This document shows positions 9,788-20,365 of a stretch of DNA of 64,000 nt, piece after piece; positions within the stretch are counted from its first letter, which is position 1, and each line of letters begins with the position of its first letter. Under the pieces are notes generated by a model that saw nothing but the letters and a program-made list of their open reading frames with translations, was not told the DNA's origin and ran no database searches. Origin of the DNA: an uncultured Gemmatimonadales bacterium (GTDB lineage: Bacteria > Gemmatimonadota > Gemmatimonadetes > Gemmatimonadales > Gemmatimonadaceae). The stretch covers positions 832,001 through 896,000 of the forward strand of contig CAVPQB010000004.1 in assembly GCA_963707505.1 (NCBI GenBank), read 5' to 3'. Both the position numbers and the translations under genes were made by a program.

Positions 9788-11035
9788 TCATTCCGGGCGC
9801 GTCGGCGGATGCAGTGCTTCCCAATCGATCAGCGGCGCATCCATCACAGCCTCCTCGACTGCATCCGCAACCGCGCGGCGCAGCGGGCCCGCCTTCTGAT
9901 TGTTACGCGTGGGATAGACCCGATTCGTCAGCAGCACTACCCACACGCCGCGCTCCGGGTCTGTCCAGATGGATGTGCCGGTAAACCCGGTGTGGCCGTA
10001 GCTGCGCGGCGAGAAGTAACGACCTGCACTTGAATGCGGCGCGGGTGTATCCCAACCCAATGCACGGCTGGAACCTGGATCCTGCGCCGCAGTCCAGCGT
10101 GCAATGGTCGTGGGAGCCAGAAGGCGAACGGATCCCACGCTTCCACCATTCAACAGCATCCGCGCGAAGATCGCCATGTCATGCGCGGTCGAGAAGAGGC
10201 CGGCGTGGCCGGACACACCTCCCATCGCGTTTGCGTTCTCATCGTGCACCTTGCCCCACACGAGGCCCCGCAACGTATCAATTTCCGTTGGTGCGATGTG
10301 GCGCCTGTCGACTGTATCCGGACGGTACCCCGTCTCGCTCATGCCGAGCGGTCCGAAGATGTGCTGTGCAGTGTACGTGTCGAGTGACTGACCGGTGATT
10401 CGCTCCACGATGAATCCCATCAACACGTAATCCCAGTCGCTGTAGATCGACTTGGTACCGGGTGGATACGCCAACGGCCGCGAGTTGATTGCAGCGAGAA
10501 ACTGCTGCTTCCCTCTGAGCGTTGCCCACAACGGCGCGAAGGCTTCCAACCCGCCGCGATGCGTTATCAGCTGACGCACGGTTATGTCCTTCTTGTCCGG
10601 CGCGTTGAATTCCGGCAGGTACGACGCCACTGTCCTGCTTATGTCGAGCTTTCCCTGTTCCTCCAACATCATCGCTGCCGTGGTGGTTGCCACCACCTTG
10701 GTGAGCGACGCCATGTCGAAGCGTGTGTGCTCATCCACCGCCGGTGCGGTATCGGCGTATGTGAGACGGCCGTAAGAGTGCAGATAAATGAGATTGTCGT
10801 AGCGCCCGATTGCCACCGCCATCGCAGGGGCCGCGTGGTCTGCAATCGCCGCATTTATGATCGAGTCGATGCGTGCCGGCAATGTCGGATTCAAGCCTGC
10901 GACGGCTCTTGCGTTGGTTGCAGTACTTGCAACTGGATTGCTTCGCGTCACCGGATGAACCGTGGTGCTACACGCGATGCCAATTGTCGCAACTACCGCA
11001 ACCGTGACGATCCCGAACTTGCTTGCTCGATTCAT
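9788..11035 (-). CDS. Serine hydrolase, beta-lactamase class C/AmpC-like family, probable lipoprotein
   Basis: FDMASLTK (SxxK), YSD, VHDENA, GHAGLFS, GHTGFTGT; IGIAC lipobox-like. Confidence 0.88.
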   Translation of the reverse strand: MNRASKFGIVTVAVVATIGIACSTTVHPVTRSNPVASTATNARAVAGLNPTLPARIDSIINAAIADHAAPAMAVAIGRYDNLIYLHSYGRLTYADTAPAVDEHTRFDMASLTKVVATTTAAMMLEEQGKLDISRTVASYLPEFNAPDKKDITVRQLITHRGGLEAFAPLWATLRGKQQFLAAINSRPLAYPPGTKSIYSDWDYVLMGFIVERITGQSLDTYTAQHIFGPLGMSETGYRPDTVDRRHIAPTEIDTLRGLVWGKVHDENANAMGGVSGHAGLFSTAHDMAIFARMLLNGGSVGSVRLLAPTTIARWTAAQDPGSSRALGWDTPAPHSSAGRYFSPRSYGHTGFTGTSIWTDPERGVWVVLLTNRVYPTRNNQKAGPLRRAVADAVEEAVMDAPLIDWEALHPPTRPE

Positions 11036-11124
11036 GGCTTTACTGATTAGAGAATAGTATGTCAGCGTACACTTGGAATTACCCATGACACTGCCTCACT
11101 GAGTCACACCGGCGGAACCGTTCC

Positions 11125-13023
11125 TCAACGCTCAGGTGCGTCGCCCATCGCGCTCGTCGGAACTGCAGGCGCATCGATCGGCTTGCCGTTCTTTCTCACC
11201 ACGTACGCCTCCATCGCGAAGTACTCCGGGAGCCCGAGCCGGTCGACAGCGCGGCCGTGCTGCGGTTCCGATCCTCGACGCGCTGCCAGAACTCGCGATC
11301 GTCCTGGCCAGGGAAGGGAGCGCGATCCTTCTGACTTTGGTGCTTGAAGATCGCGACATCTTCTCGCGCAGCTCGTCCTCCGACAGCGGGACGAGCACGT
11401 CGGCCTCGGCGATCTCCCACTCCTGCCACGCGCCGCGGTAGTACCACATCTCCGGACGCTCACCGGAGTACTGGGCGAGCGCGCCCTCCACCGCCTCGAG
11501 GCACATCCGGTGAGTGCCGTGCGGGTCGGAGAGGTCGCCGGCGACGAAGACCAGCTCCGGTCGGTGCTACTCGAGCAGCTCGAGAGCGATGCGGACGTCT
11601 TCAGGACCGATCGGATCCTTGTGCACTTTTCCGGTCTGATAGAACGGAAGATTGAGAAAGCGCGCCTGCTCGCGCTTCATTCCGAAACGTCTCGATGCCG
11701 AGACGGCCTCCGCTTCGCGGATCGCGCGCTTCATCACCTGCACTGGGAACGCATCGACCTCCCCTTGCTTCTTGAGGCAAGGAGTTCCTCGACGGCACTG
11801 ATCAGCGCCCCGCATCGGTGCGTCGTTGAGATCGAAGTCGGTCCGAAGCGGCGCAAGGAAATCGGCGTAGCGGCGCACCTCGTGATCGAAGACGGCGATG
11901 TTGCCCGACGTCTGATACGCGACGACAATCTCGTTCTCGTTCTGGTGCAGCTTGTTGAGCATGCCGCCCATTGAGATGACGTCGTCGTCCGGGTGCGGCG
12001 AGAACACGATGATACGCGCCCGTGCGGCAGCTTGCTGCGACCGCGAATCTTGGCGATCAGCGCGTTGAATACCTCGCCGTTGAGCGGACCGGCCTTTCCG
12101 TACCGCGCAAGCAGCGAGCTCAGGTGGTGCTCGCGGTAATCGTTCTCGTCGAGCTTGAGCACCGATTTTCTTGGTAATCTCGCTCAGCCAGATCACCGCA
12201 TCGATCGCCTTCTCGCGCGTCCACTTCACCTCGCCGACCACCCACGGCGTCGCGAATGCGCGTGAGATCGGCGGCCGCCGCAGGATCGACGTAGAACACC
12301 GCGTTCGGATGCTGCTGGAGATAGGTCGCCGCGACGTCCGGGTTCGGCTCGCCTTCCACCGCGCGCTCGATGATCGCGGCCTTGTGCTCGCCCGTTGCGA
12401 CGAGCGCGATCTCTCGCGCCTCCATGATCGTCGCTACACCCATCGTGATCGCTTCGGTCGGCACGTTGTCCTCGCCGAAGAAATCGGCGGCGGCGTCGCG
12501 GCGCGTGACGGTGTCGAGCGAGATGCCGCGGGTGCGCGACTCGGCGCCGGATCCCGGCTCGTTGAAGCCGATGTGCCCGGTCTTGCCGATGCCGAGAATC
12601 TGAAGATCGATTCCGCCAGCGTCTCGGATCGCGGCCTCGTACGCGTCGCACTCGTCGTCGACGTCGTCGCGCGGAACGTCGCCGCGCGGAATGTGGATGT
12701 TCCCGCGCGCACGTTGATGTGGTTGAACAGATTCTCCCGCATGTAACCGGTGGTAGCTGTGGATGCTCGTCCGGCTTCATCGGGTAGTACTCGTCGAGAT
12801 TGAAGGTCACGACGTCGGAGAAATCCAGACCTTCGTCGCGGTGCATCTTGATCAGCTCGCGATAGATACCGATCGGCGTGCTTCCGGTCGCGAGGCCGAG
12901 CACCGCATGCTCACCCGATTTCTGCCGCGCGCGAATCATGTCGCGCATCCGGCCCGCGATCAGGCGTGCAATCTCGTCATCTTCTGCAACGACTACCCTT
13001 ATCCGTTCCCGGGGCGAAGACAA
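11125..13023 (-). CDS. nagB: Two-domain glucosamine-6-phosphate deaminase fused to a PIG-L-like domain; many frameshifts
   Basis: [34 protein letters not shown]; then [45 protein letters not shown] spread over several frames. Confidence 0.85.
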
Positions 13024-13038
13024 CGGTGCGATCCGCCC

Positions 13039-13980
13039 TTACTCCGACGCTTCGATAAAGCTGCGGACATCGACTTCCGACAGACTCGGCTCGCCCGGGG
13101 AGACGTTGTCCAGCTTGCCCTGCTTCATCCAGTCTTCCAGCATGCCCACCAGCTCGAACAGATGTTCGAACGATTCCACGATGAAAAGCAGCGGCTGGTA
13201 GTGATCGATCTCGAAGTACTGGTTGATCACCCACTCCAGCTGGATCGGATAGCGCTGCACCTTCGGCGACTCGATGCTGTGCTGCATCTCGCCGTACGAG
13301 CAGAGCAGGCCGCTGCCGTAGGCCTTGAGCCCTTGCCGTCCGGCGCGCGCATCAGTCCGAACTCGACTGTGAACCAGAAGAACCGCGCCATCGCCTTGAT
13401 GATGCTCGTGGTGCGGCGAACCTGCTCGTCCGGGTCCTTGATACGCTGTCACGATCTGAACGGCGGTCTGTGCCGCACTCGCCGAAGCGTACCAGCGCGT
13501 CGGCGAACGCCGGGTCGGTGTGCATCGGCACGTGGCCGGCGATGTCGTGGAAGATGTCCGGCTCGGGCAGGTAGTCCAGGCGCCCGTGCATCGCGGATGG
13601 TGATGGTCGTCGGGAACTCGCGCTTGCGCAAGGCAATCGAAGAACAGATAGGCCGGAACGTACCCGCTCACCGCCTTCGCCTTGAAGCCGGTGCGGGGGG
13701 CCATGAACTTGTTCACGTCTTCCAGCCGCGGCACCGCGCTGGGATCGAGGCAGAGCGTCTCAACGCCCTGCAGGAAACGCGGATTCGCGTAGCGCTGCCA
13801 CCGATCGCCCATACGCGCGAACAGTTGCCTCCACGCCTCGTGGTTCTCGGCGTTATATAGCTCGTACGGCTGTTCGATATAAAGCTCGCCGTGCTCGCGT
13901 GCTGCCTCTATGAACGGGGAGCGCGTAGTCGTGAGCCCGGGAATATCTTCCGTCGTGTCCTGTCCCAACGTCGTCGCCAT
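13039..13980 (-). CDS. phhA: Phenylalanine 4-monooxygenase (pterin-dependent aromatic amino acid hydroxylase); internal frameshifts
   Basis: VPRLEDVN, FPTTITIR, LDYLPEPDIFHDIAGHVP, FWFTVEFGL, KAYGSGLL(C)SYGE across frames. Confidence 0.88.
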   Translation of the reverse strand: MATTLGQDTTEDIPGLTTTRSPFIEAAREHGELYIEQPYELYNAENHEAWRQLFARMGDRWQRYANPRFLQGVETLCLDPSAVPRLEDVNKFMAPRTGFKAKAVSGYVPAYLFFDCLAQARVPDDHHHPRCTGAWTTCPSRTSSTTSPATCRCTPTRRSPTRWYASASAAQTAVQIVTAYQGPGRAGSPHHEHHQGDGAVLLVHSRVRTDARAGRQGLKAYGSGLLCSYGEMQHSIESPKVQRYPIQLEWVINQYFEIDHYQPLLFIVESFEHLFELVGMLEDWMKQGKLDNVSPGEPSLSEVDVRSFIEASE

Positions 13981-14029
13981 TTAGAGCTCCATGTGCCGGA
14001 TGCAACCAGTGTATGTTACCCGCCCAGCG

Positions 14030-14998
14030 ATGAATCGGCTACTATCCGCGCGGTCAACAACGCACCCGATCATCGCTGCGGCGGCAGTCGTGCTGATCAG
14101 CGCATGCAGCGCGTGCAGCGGGTCACCACGGCCGGATCACCCGCCTCTCATCGTCTTCAATGCCGGTGCGCTCGCGCTGCCGCTACGCGCGGCGCTCGAC
14201 TCGTTCGCGCCGAGTCATGGTTACGGAGTGAGCCAGGAAAACGCCGGGTCGGTGGAGACGATCCGCAAGATCAGTGATCTCGGTCGCGTACCCGACGTGG
14301 TCGCGGTCGCCGATACGGCGCTGTTCGCTCGCCTGATTCCCGGACGGCTCACGGGACCGATCGCGCTTCTGGGCACCAGTCGCCTGGTTCTGGCATACAC
14401 CGGCCGGTCCCGCTTCGCGGATGAGGTGACTGCCCGGAATTGGGCCGACATCACGACCAGGCCGGGCGTCGAGGTGGGGCGGAGCGATCCCACTTTGGAT
14501 CCTGCGGGCTATCGCGCACTCATGGCAATGCAGCTGGCGGAACGGTACTACAAGCGGCCCGGACTTGCGGCGAAACTCGAGGCGGCGGCATCCACGGCGA
14601 ACGTGCGTCCAAAATCCGCAGATCTTGTCGCATTGCTGCAAACCGGGAACCTGGACTACGCCTGGGAGTACGAGTCAGTCGCCCGGAAGCTGGGCCTTCG
14701 ATTCGTCAACCTCCCACACGAGGTCGACCTCGGCGATCCAACGCTCGCCACGACGTATTCCGTGGCGAGCGTTGACATTTCACCGCCGAGCTCGGGGAGC
14801 AAGTCGGGCGGCACCCCGCGGGTGTCGCTCGTGATGCGCGGCGCGCCGATCGTATTCGGTGCGGGCGTCCCCAGGGATGCTCCGCACGCTCGCGCCGGAC
14901 ACCAGTTTATCACATTTTTGATGTCACCTGAAGGCCGTTCGATCCTTGCCGCATCTGGGCTGCAACCCGTTGGCACCGCTGCAGCCGATACCAGATAG
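14030..14998 (+). CDS. Tungstate/molybdate ABC substrate-binding lipoprotein, WtpA-like
   Basis: VFNAGAL, AGSV, GRSDPTLDPAGYRALMAMQLAE, DYAWEYESVA; Cys-containing signal region. Confidence 0.8.
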   Translation: MNRLLSARSTTHPIIAAAAVVLISACSACSGSPRPDHPPLIVFNAGALALPLRAALDSFAPSHGYGVSQENAGSVETIRKISDLGRVPDVVAVADTALFARLIPGRLTGPIALLGTSRLVLAYTGRSRFADEVTARNWADITTRPGVEVGRSDPTLDPAGYRALMAMQLAERYYKRPGLAAKLEAAASTANVRPKSADLVALLQTGNLDYAWEYESVARKLGLRFVNLPHEVDLGDPTLATTYSVASVDISPPSSGSKSGGTPRVSLVMRGAPIVFGAGVPRDAPHARAGHQFITFLMSPEGRSILAASGLQPVGTAAADTR

Positions 14999-15312
14999 TG
15001 CGGGAAAAAGCTCCGGCAAACGCCGTTTCGTTTCGCCGAGCATTCTGACGCGTCATATGGTTTTTCTCCTCAACACCCGTTTGGACCGCACAAAATGGAT
15101 GAGATAGTTCAATTTTTTACACGCCGCCCGCTGGCTCAGCGCGCATTTCTTGCATTCACGGTAGCTATGTTTCTGGCCTGCGCAGCACAGGTCGCCGCGC
15201 ATTCCTAGCAGCCCGGTGAGAATCTTCGGTCCGTAACGCCGTGTGATTCGCACCGTCCAACATCTCGATGACGCCGCCATGCGCGGCTGCTGCACTTAAC
15301 CTGGAATCGCGT

Positions 15313-17077
15313 GTGAAATCACTGTACGGTGTCTTTGGCGCTGCTCTTCTGGTTGTCGCGTGTAGCGACTCGACTGTCGCGCCGATTCCTGGGACCCCCG
15401 ACCCGACGCTGTCGGATCTCGGGACGATGAATGTCGGTGACGTTCGTGCCATGACTTTCTCATCGGCGTCGGGTGGGCTGTCCATTCCGGCGTCGGCTGG
15501 TTCGGCGCAATTCGCCGTGATCCTCGGCAATTCGAACGTGAATGCCGGCACGATCGGCAACTACGGCGTTCATGGCGACTGGCTGACGCCGTCGGTCAGC
15601 ACACCGGTGTCGGATGTATTCCCGCCGACTCAGCGTCCGCTCGAGGTACCGGCAACGATATCGCGCGGCGAGCAATTCGAGGCCCAACTGCGAGACTTCG
15701 AGCGCACACACCTTCCGCGTCCCGGTGGACGGCGGAGCGTGGGTACGGGCACCGCTGCGAGCGCGAACGTGCTGACGCCGTCGCGCGCTGTGAACGCCCC
15801 ACCGGCCGTTGGATCCACGATGTCACTCAAGGTTCTGACGTCCGCCGGCTTCGGCGGCGTGTCTACGAAAGCGTGCGACGCGGGCGGTTACACGACGACA
15901 CTCGGCATGGTGCGATACGTGTCGACGCACGCGATAGTCGTGAGCGACGTCAACTCGCCGGCTGGCGGATTCACCGATGCTGATTTCAAGTCCATCGGCG
16001 ACGAATTCGACCAGATGATCTACCCGACCGACGTCGGGTACTTCGGCACGCCGACCGACATCGACAACAACGGCCACATCATCATCTACTACACGCCGGC
16101 AGTGGACAAGCTGACGCCGGCGGGGACGGCGAGCAAGTCGGGATACGTTGGCGGGTTCTTCTTCGCCGGCGATCTGTATCCGCCGACCTCTGCTGGTTGT
16201 CTGTCCAGCAATCAGGGCGAGATCTTTTACCTTCTCGCTCCGGATCCAAGCGGCGTGAACGGCAATTCGTTCAGCACGGCGTTTGTGCGGCAGATAACGC
16301 GCGGCACGGTTGCGCACGAATTCCAGCACATGATCAACTCCGGCAACCGGTACATCTCGCCATCCGTCGTGAACTTCGAGGCGACCTGGCTGGACGAGGG
16401 GCTCGCGCACTTCGCGGAAGAAGCTGTGGGTCGAGTCGAGGCGGGCTTCGCTGACAACACGACGGTCGGCCTGTCCGACATCAATAACCTCGACACGACG
16501 ATAACGCAGGCGTTCTTCCTCCAGAATCTGGCGCGCGCGAAGTATTATGTGGAGCGTCCCGACACGACGGCTGCGATCGTGAGCCACACCAAGGCAGCCG
16601 CCAACCTTGCGTCACGCGGCGCGGAGTGGGCGCTCGTGAGATACGTCGCCGACTGGTTCAATACCGGCGGCGATCCGCGCACTCTCACGCGCAAGCTCGT
16701 CGCAGGTCCGGACACGGGTACCGCGAATATCGTCAAGGCGACAGGCGCGCCGATGGATACGATCCTCGCGCATTTCCTCGTCACGCTCTACGCCGACCAT
16801 CGAGCCGCCACGCCCGCAGCGTCACCGTACAATTTCAAGAGTTACAACTTCCGTCAGCTCGTCTCGGGAGTGCTGATCGGCACCGAGACATCCGCGTCAT
16901 ACCTCCCAGTAACATCGATCGGCACCGGCGGGTCAGTCACCGCGAACGTGCCAGCATCGTCCGCCGCTTATTTCTGTTACGTCGGGATCGGGCGCGCGAA
17001 CGATCCGAATAACAAATTCAGGCGGGACGACGTCCTCGGACCCGAACGGGCGCGTGTACGTGATGCGGGTGCAATAA
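15313..17077 (+). CDS. Zinc metallopeptidase-like lipoprotein (HExxH...E gluzincin); probable frameshift near 16970
   Basis: LVVAC lipobox; TDIDNNG; TVAHEFQHMIN; WLDEGLAHFAE; shifted frame gives ...SVTSGSGARTIRITNSGG...RVYVMRVQ* ending at 17077 just before a hairpin. Confidence 0.75.
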
Positions 17078-17078
17078 A

Positions 17079-17106
17079 CGACGCTATCGGCGCGCCGATA
17101 GCGTCG
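17079..17106. terminator. Perfect 28-bp palindrome between convergent genes
   Basis: cgacgctatcggcgcgccgatagcgtcg equals its own reverse complement. Confidence 0.65.
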
Positions 17107-17111
17107 CCGGC

Positions 17112-19682
17112 CTAGCCCTCCCGCAGGGCCGTCATCGCCGTCTCCTTGAACACATCGCGGCCGGCGATCACCCCGATTGATATCGCAATCACCATCATCA
17201 CGGCAGTGATCGTGATCGCCGGCCCGAACTGCGGCGTGTATTTCACATCGAAGACGAAGTGCACCAGCGCCCAGCTACCGGCCACCGCGAGCACCAGCCC
17301 GGTGAGACTGCCCAGTATCCCGAGCAGTGCATACTCGGTAAGCAATATCCGCATGATCTGCGCGCGCGTCGCGCCGAGTGTCTTGAGCAACACGCTCTCT
17401 CGAATGCGCTCGCGTCTCGTCGACGATACCGCGCTGAACAGAACCGGAATTCCTATGATGACACTGAACAGCGCCATGAACCGCACAGCGGTCGACACGC
17501 GCGCAACGATCTTTCCGATTGTCTCGGTGAGCAGCGACAGATCGATGCTGCTTACATTCGGAAACCTGCGCACGACGTCGCGCTGGACCGTCGCGACATC
17601 CAGCGCGCCGGGCACGTTCGCGAGCACCGTGAACTGGTGCGGAGCGTCGCGCAGAACCCGACTCGGAAATACAGCGAAGAAATTTGGCTCGAACCGCGTC
17701 CACTTCACGTCGCGCAGGCTCGTGACTCTGGTAGGTATGTCGATCCCCTGAACGTTCCAGGTGATCCGGTCGCCGAGCTTGACCTTGAGCTCGCCCGCCA
17801 CACCGGCGTCGAGTGACACCTCACCCGTGTCCCCAGGGACGAACTGCGTGCCGCCAGCGTGCTCGGCCGCGAACCACTTACCCTCGGTCAGCGTTTCACC
17901 GGCAGTGATCGAGTCGCGGTACGTCGAACGGTATTCTCGTCGCACCGCCCAGCCCGCACGCCGGTTCTTCGTCGAGTCACCGACGATCGACTCTGTGGTT
18001 CTTCCGTTAATCGATGCGATGCGCATCGGCACTACGGGTGATTGCTGCGTTACCTTGAATCCCCGCGCGCGGATGATCGAGTCTATCGGTGCGGCCTGAT
18101 CCTGTTGCACGTCGAACAGCAACAGGTTGGCACCGGACGACGATGCGTTGAGCGCGAGATCTCGCACTATGCTGTTCTGGACGAGATACAGCGTGGTGAC
18201 GAGGAAGGCACCGAAACCGAGTGAGAGCATCACCGCGCGCGTCTGGTTCGCTGGTCTGTACACGTTAGCAAGACCCTGGCGTACGACGTAAGGCCATCCC
18301 GCGCGCACCGATCGTCTCGCGCCCCACGAGAGCGCGCTCGCGACCAGAGAGAGCACGAGAAGAACACCGCCAGTAGCAGCTGCGATCCAGAGACCCTGGC
18401 GTACGGACTGCGCGCGCACGACCGCAACGGCGACGACACTCAGCACCAGCGCTGCATTGACAAGCAGTCGCGGCAGATCGTTCCAGTGCATTCGCAGCAC
18501 CTCGGAATCGGCATCGCGCCTGAGTGTCTGCAATGGCGAAACGTTCCGCAGTGCGAGCAGCGGGCGCAGCGCGAACACGAGCGCGATCCAGCCGCCGATC
18601 AATACCCCTGTAAGTATTGCCGCAGGCTCCGCCGTAACATGCACGTCGACAGGCAGCAACCCGACGAAGGCGAGCGGAAGCAGAAACTGGATCGCTACGC
18701 CGGCGACCGCGCCGAGCAGGGCGCCCAGCAGCCCCATGACCGCCGCCTGCACCACATACATCGCCAGCACCTGATTGCCAGAAGCGCCGAGGCAGCGGAA
18801 GATCGCGACAGTGTCGATCTTTCGCGCGACGAAGGCCCGCACACCGCTCGCGACGCCGATACCGCCGAGCAGCAGCGCGACCATTCCGACGATGCCGATG
18901 AAATTCGCGAGACTCTCAGTTGCTCTTGCGGCTGACTCTTCCGTCTGCGTGACTGTTCGCACGTTGACGTCCTGCTTGGTGAGCGGCGCTCGGAACGGCG
19001 CTGCGAAGGCCTTTGGGTCCTGGTCGGAAGGCAGCTTCAGAAGCGCTGCATATTCCGCGGTGCTGCCAAATACCAGCAGTCGCGTCTCCGGCAGGTACCG
19101 GGCCGGAATGTAGATGCGCGGCGCGAACGCCGATGACAGGCCCGACGTTCCCGGCACATCCTTTAGCGTACCCGTGATTACGAACTCGCCATATCCGACC
19201 TTGAGTGTGTCACCGATGCGGGCGTCGAGCACGATGAGCAGCGACGGATCGACCAGCGCATTCGGTCCCGATTGCAGCGTCGCGTATCTGCCCGCAGGCT
19301 GTGTGGTGATCGCGCCGTAAAGCGGATATCCGGCGCTGACGCCATGGATCTGCGCAAGTCGCGTGTTGCCGTTGCGCGGAATGACGGCCATCGACGGAAA
19401 TGTCGTCGAGCGCACATTTGGAATCCCGGCGTGCTGCAGCGAATCCAGTAACTGCTCCGTCTCCTTCGCAAAGGGCCGTCTGCCGGAAAACTGGACGTCG
19501 CCGCCGAGCAGAGAGCGGGATTGTTCGCGCACCGAGCGTGTGACATTGCGCGCGAAGGAATCGATCGATACCAGCGCCGCCACTCCCACCGCGATCGTCG
19601 ACATGTAGAGAAACAGCTTTCGTCGGGTGGTGCGGCTCTCCCGCCACGCGAGTCGCGCGAGCTGCATTGGTGAAGCGCTCAA
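17112..19682 (-). CDS. ybbP: ABC transporter permease, YbbP/FtsX-like
   Basis: LAWRE, LLGGD, GYPLYG, two FtsX-type halves, REYRSTYR, FEPNFF, LLKTLGA. Confidence 0.88.
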   Translation of the reverse strand: MSASPMQLARLAWRESRTTRRKLFLYMSTIAVGVAALVSIDSFARNVTRSVREQSRSLLGGDVQFSGRRPFAKETEQLLDSLQHAGIPNVRSTTFPSMAVIPRNGNTRLAQIHGVSAGYPLYGAITTQPAGRYATLQSGPNALVDPSLLIVLDARIGDTLKVGYGEFVITGTLKDVPGTSGLSSAFAPRIYIPARYLPETRLLVFGSTAEYAALLKLPSDQDPKAFAAPFRAPLTKQDVNVRTVTQTEESAARATESLANFIGIVGMVALLLGGIGVASGVRAFVARKIDTVAIFRCLGASGNQVLAMYVVQAAVMGLLGALLGAVAGVAIQFLLPLAFVGLLPVDVHVTAEPAAILTGVLIGGWIALVFALRPLLALRNVSPLQTLRRDADSEVLRMHWNDLPRLLVNAALVLSVVAVAVVRAQSVRQGLWIAAATGGVLLVLSLVASALSWGARRSVRAGWPYVVRQGLANVYRPANQTRAVMLSLGFGAFLVTTLYLVQNSIVRDLALNASSSGANLLLFDVQQDQAAPIDSIIRARGFKVTQQSPVVPMRIASINGRTTESIVGDSTKNRRAGWAVRREYRSTYRDSITAGETLTEGKWFAAEHAGGTQFVPGDTGEVSLDAGVAGELKVKLGDRITWNVQGIDIPTRVTSLRDVKWTRFEPNFFAVFPSRVLRDAPHQFTVLANVPGALDVATVQRDVVRRFPNVSSIDLSLLTETIGKIVARVSTAVRFMALFSVIIGIPVLFSAVSSTRRERIRESVLLKTLGATRAQIMRILLTEYALLGILGSLTGLVLAVAGSWALVHFVFDVKYTPQFGPAITITAVMMVIAISIGVIAGRDVFKETAMTALREG

Positions 19683-20365
19683 TCTTGTTGTCCCGGAGAG
19701 CCGGTGTCTTCGATCACTGCGCCGTCAGCCAGACGGATCTGCCGTCGCGCGCGTGCAGCGAGAGTAGCATCGTGCGTGACGATCACGACCGTCGAGCCGG
19801 ACTCGTGGTTCAGCTCTTCGAGCAATGCAATGACTCGCTCGCCGCTCGCCGCGTCGAGGTTTCCAGTCGGCTCGTCGGCAAAGAGAATCGATGGTTGATT
19901 GGAAAACGCGCGCGCGATCGCGACGCGCTGCTGCTCGCCGCCTGACAGTTGGGTAGGGAAGTGCGTGGCCCGCTCGGCGAGTCCAACACGCTCGAGCAGG
20001 TCCGACGCGCGTCGCTCAGCGCCGCTATCACCGCGCAGCTCGAGCGGAACCTGCACATTTTCCGCGGCGGTGAGAGTCGAGATCAGCTGAAAACTCTGGA
20101 AGACGAATCCGACCTTTGCCGATCGTATGCGTGCCCGATCGTCTTCGCTCATGCTCGACATCTCGGCGCCGTCCAGGATCACGCGGCCTCCGCTCGGTGT
20201 ATCCAGACCCGCGAGCAGGCCGAGGAGAGTAGTTTTGCCGCTTCCAGATGGCCCCGTTATGGCGACGAACTCGCCCGGCTGCACGGAGAACGATACGTTC
20301 CGGAGCACCGCGAGCGTGCGCTCGCCACTCCGGTATTCCTTGGTCAACGATTCAGCGATGAGCAT
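19679..20365 (-). CDS. ybbA: ABC transporter ATP-binding protein, YbbA-like
   Basis: GPSGSGKTT, VGFVFQSFQL, LSGGEQQRVA, FADEPTGNLD. Confidence 0.92.
   Translation of the reverse strand: MLIAESLTKEYRSGERTLAVLRNVSFSVQPGEFVAITGPSGSGKTTLLGLLAGLDTPSGGRVILDGAEMSSMSEDDRARIRSAKVGFVFQSFQLISTLTAAENVQVPLELRGDSGAERRASDLLERVGLAERATHFPTQLSGGEQQRVAIARAFSNQPSILFADEPTGNLDAASGERVIALLEELNHESGSTVVIVTHDATLAARARRQIRLADGAVIEDTGSPGQQD

Noticed and set aside
9705..9790. Repeated ATGAC words between convergent genes
   Set aside because: Irregular spacing and too short to support a repeat or ncRNA
3235..13980. PhhA + PLP decarboxylase + GNAT as a monoamine/melatonin-like pathway
   Set aside because: Genes are scattered in separate units, the GNAT is ArgA-like, and decarboxylase specificity cannot be read from sequence
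15000..15300. Possible riboswitch or sRNA in a long intergenic region (GGCAAAC word)
   Set aside because: Could not build the conserved c-di-GMP-I or other riboswitch structure by eye; needs an Rfam cmscan
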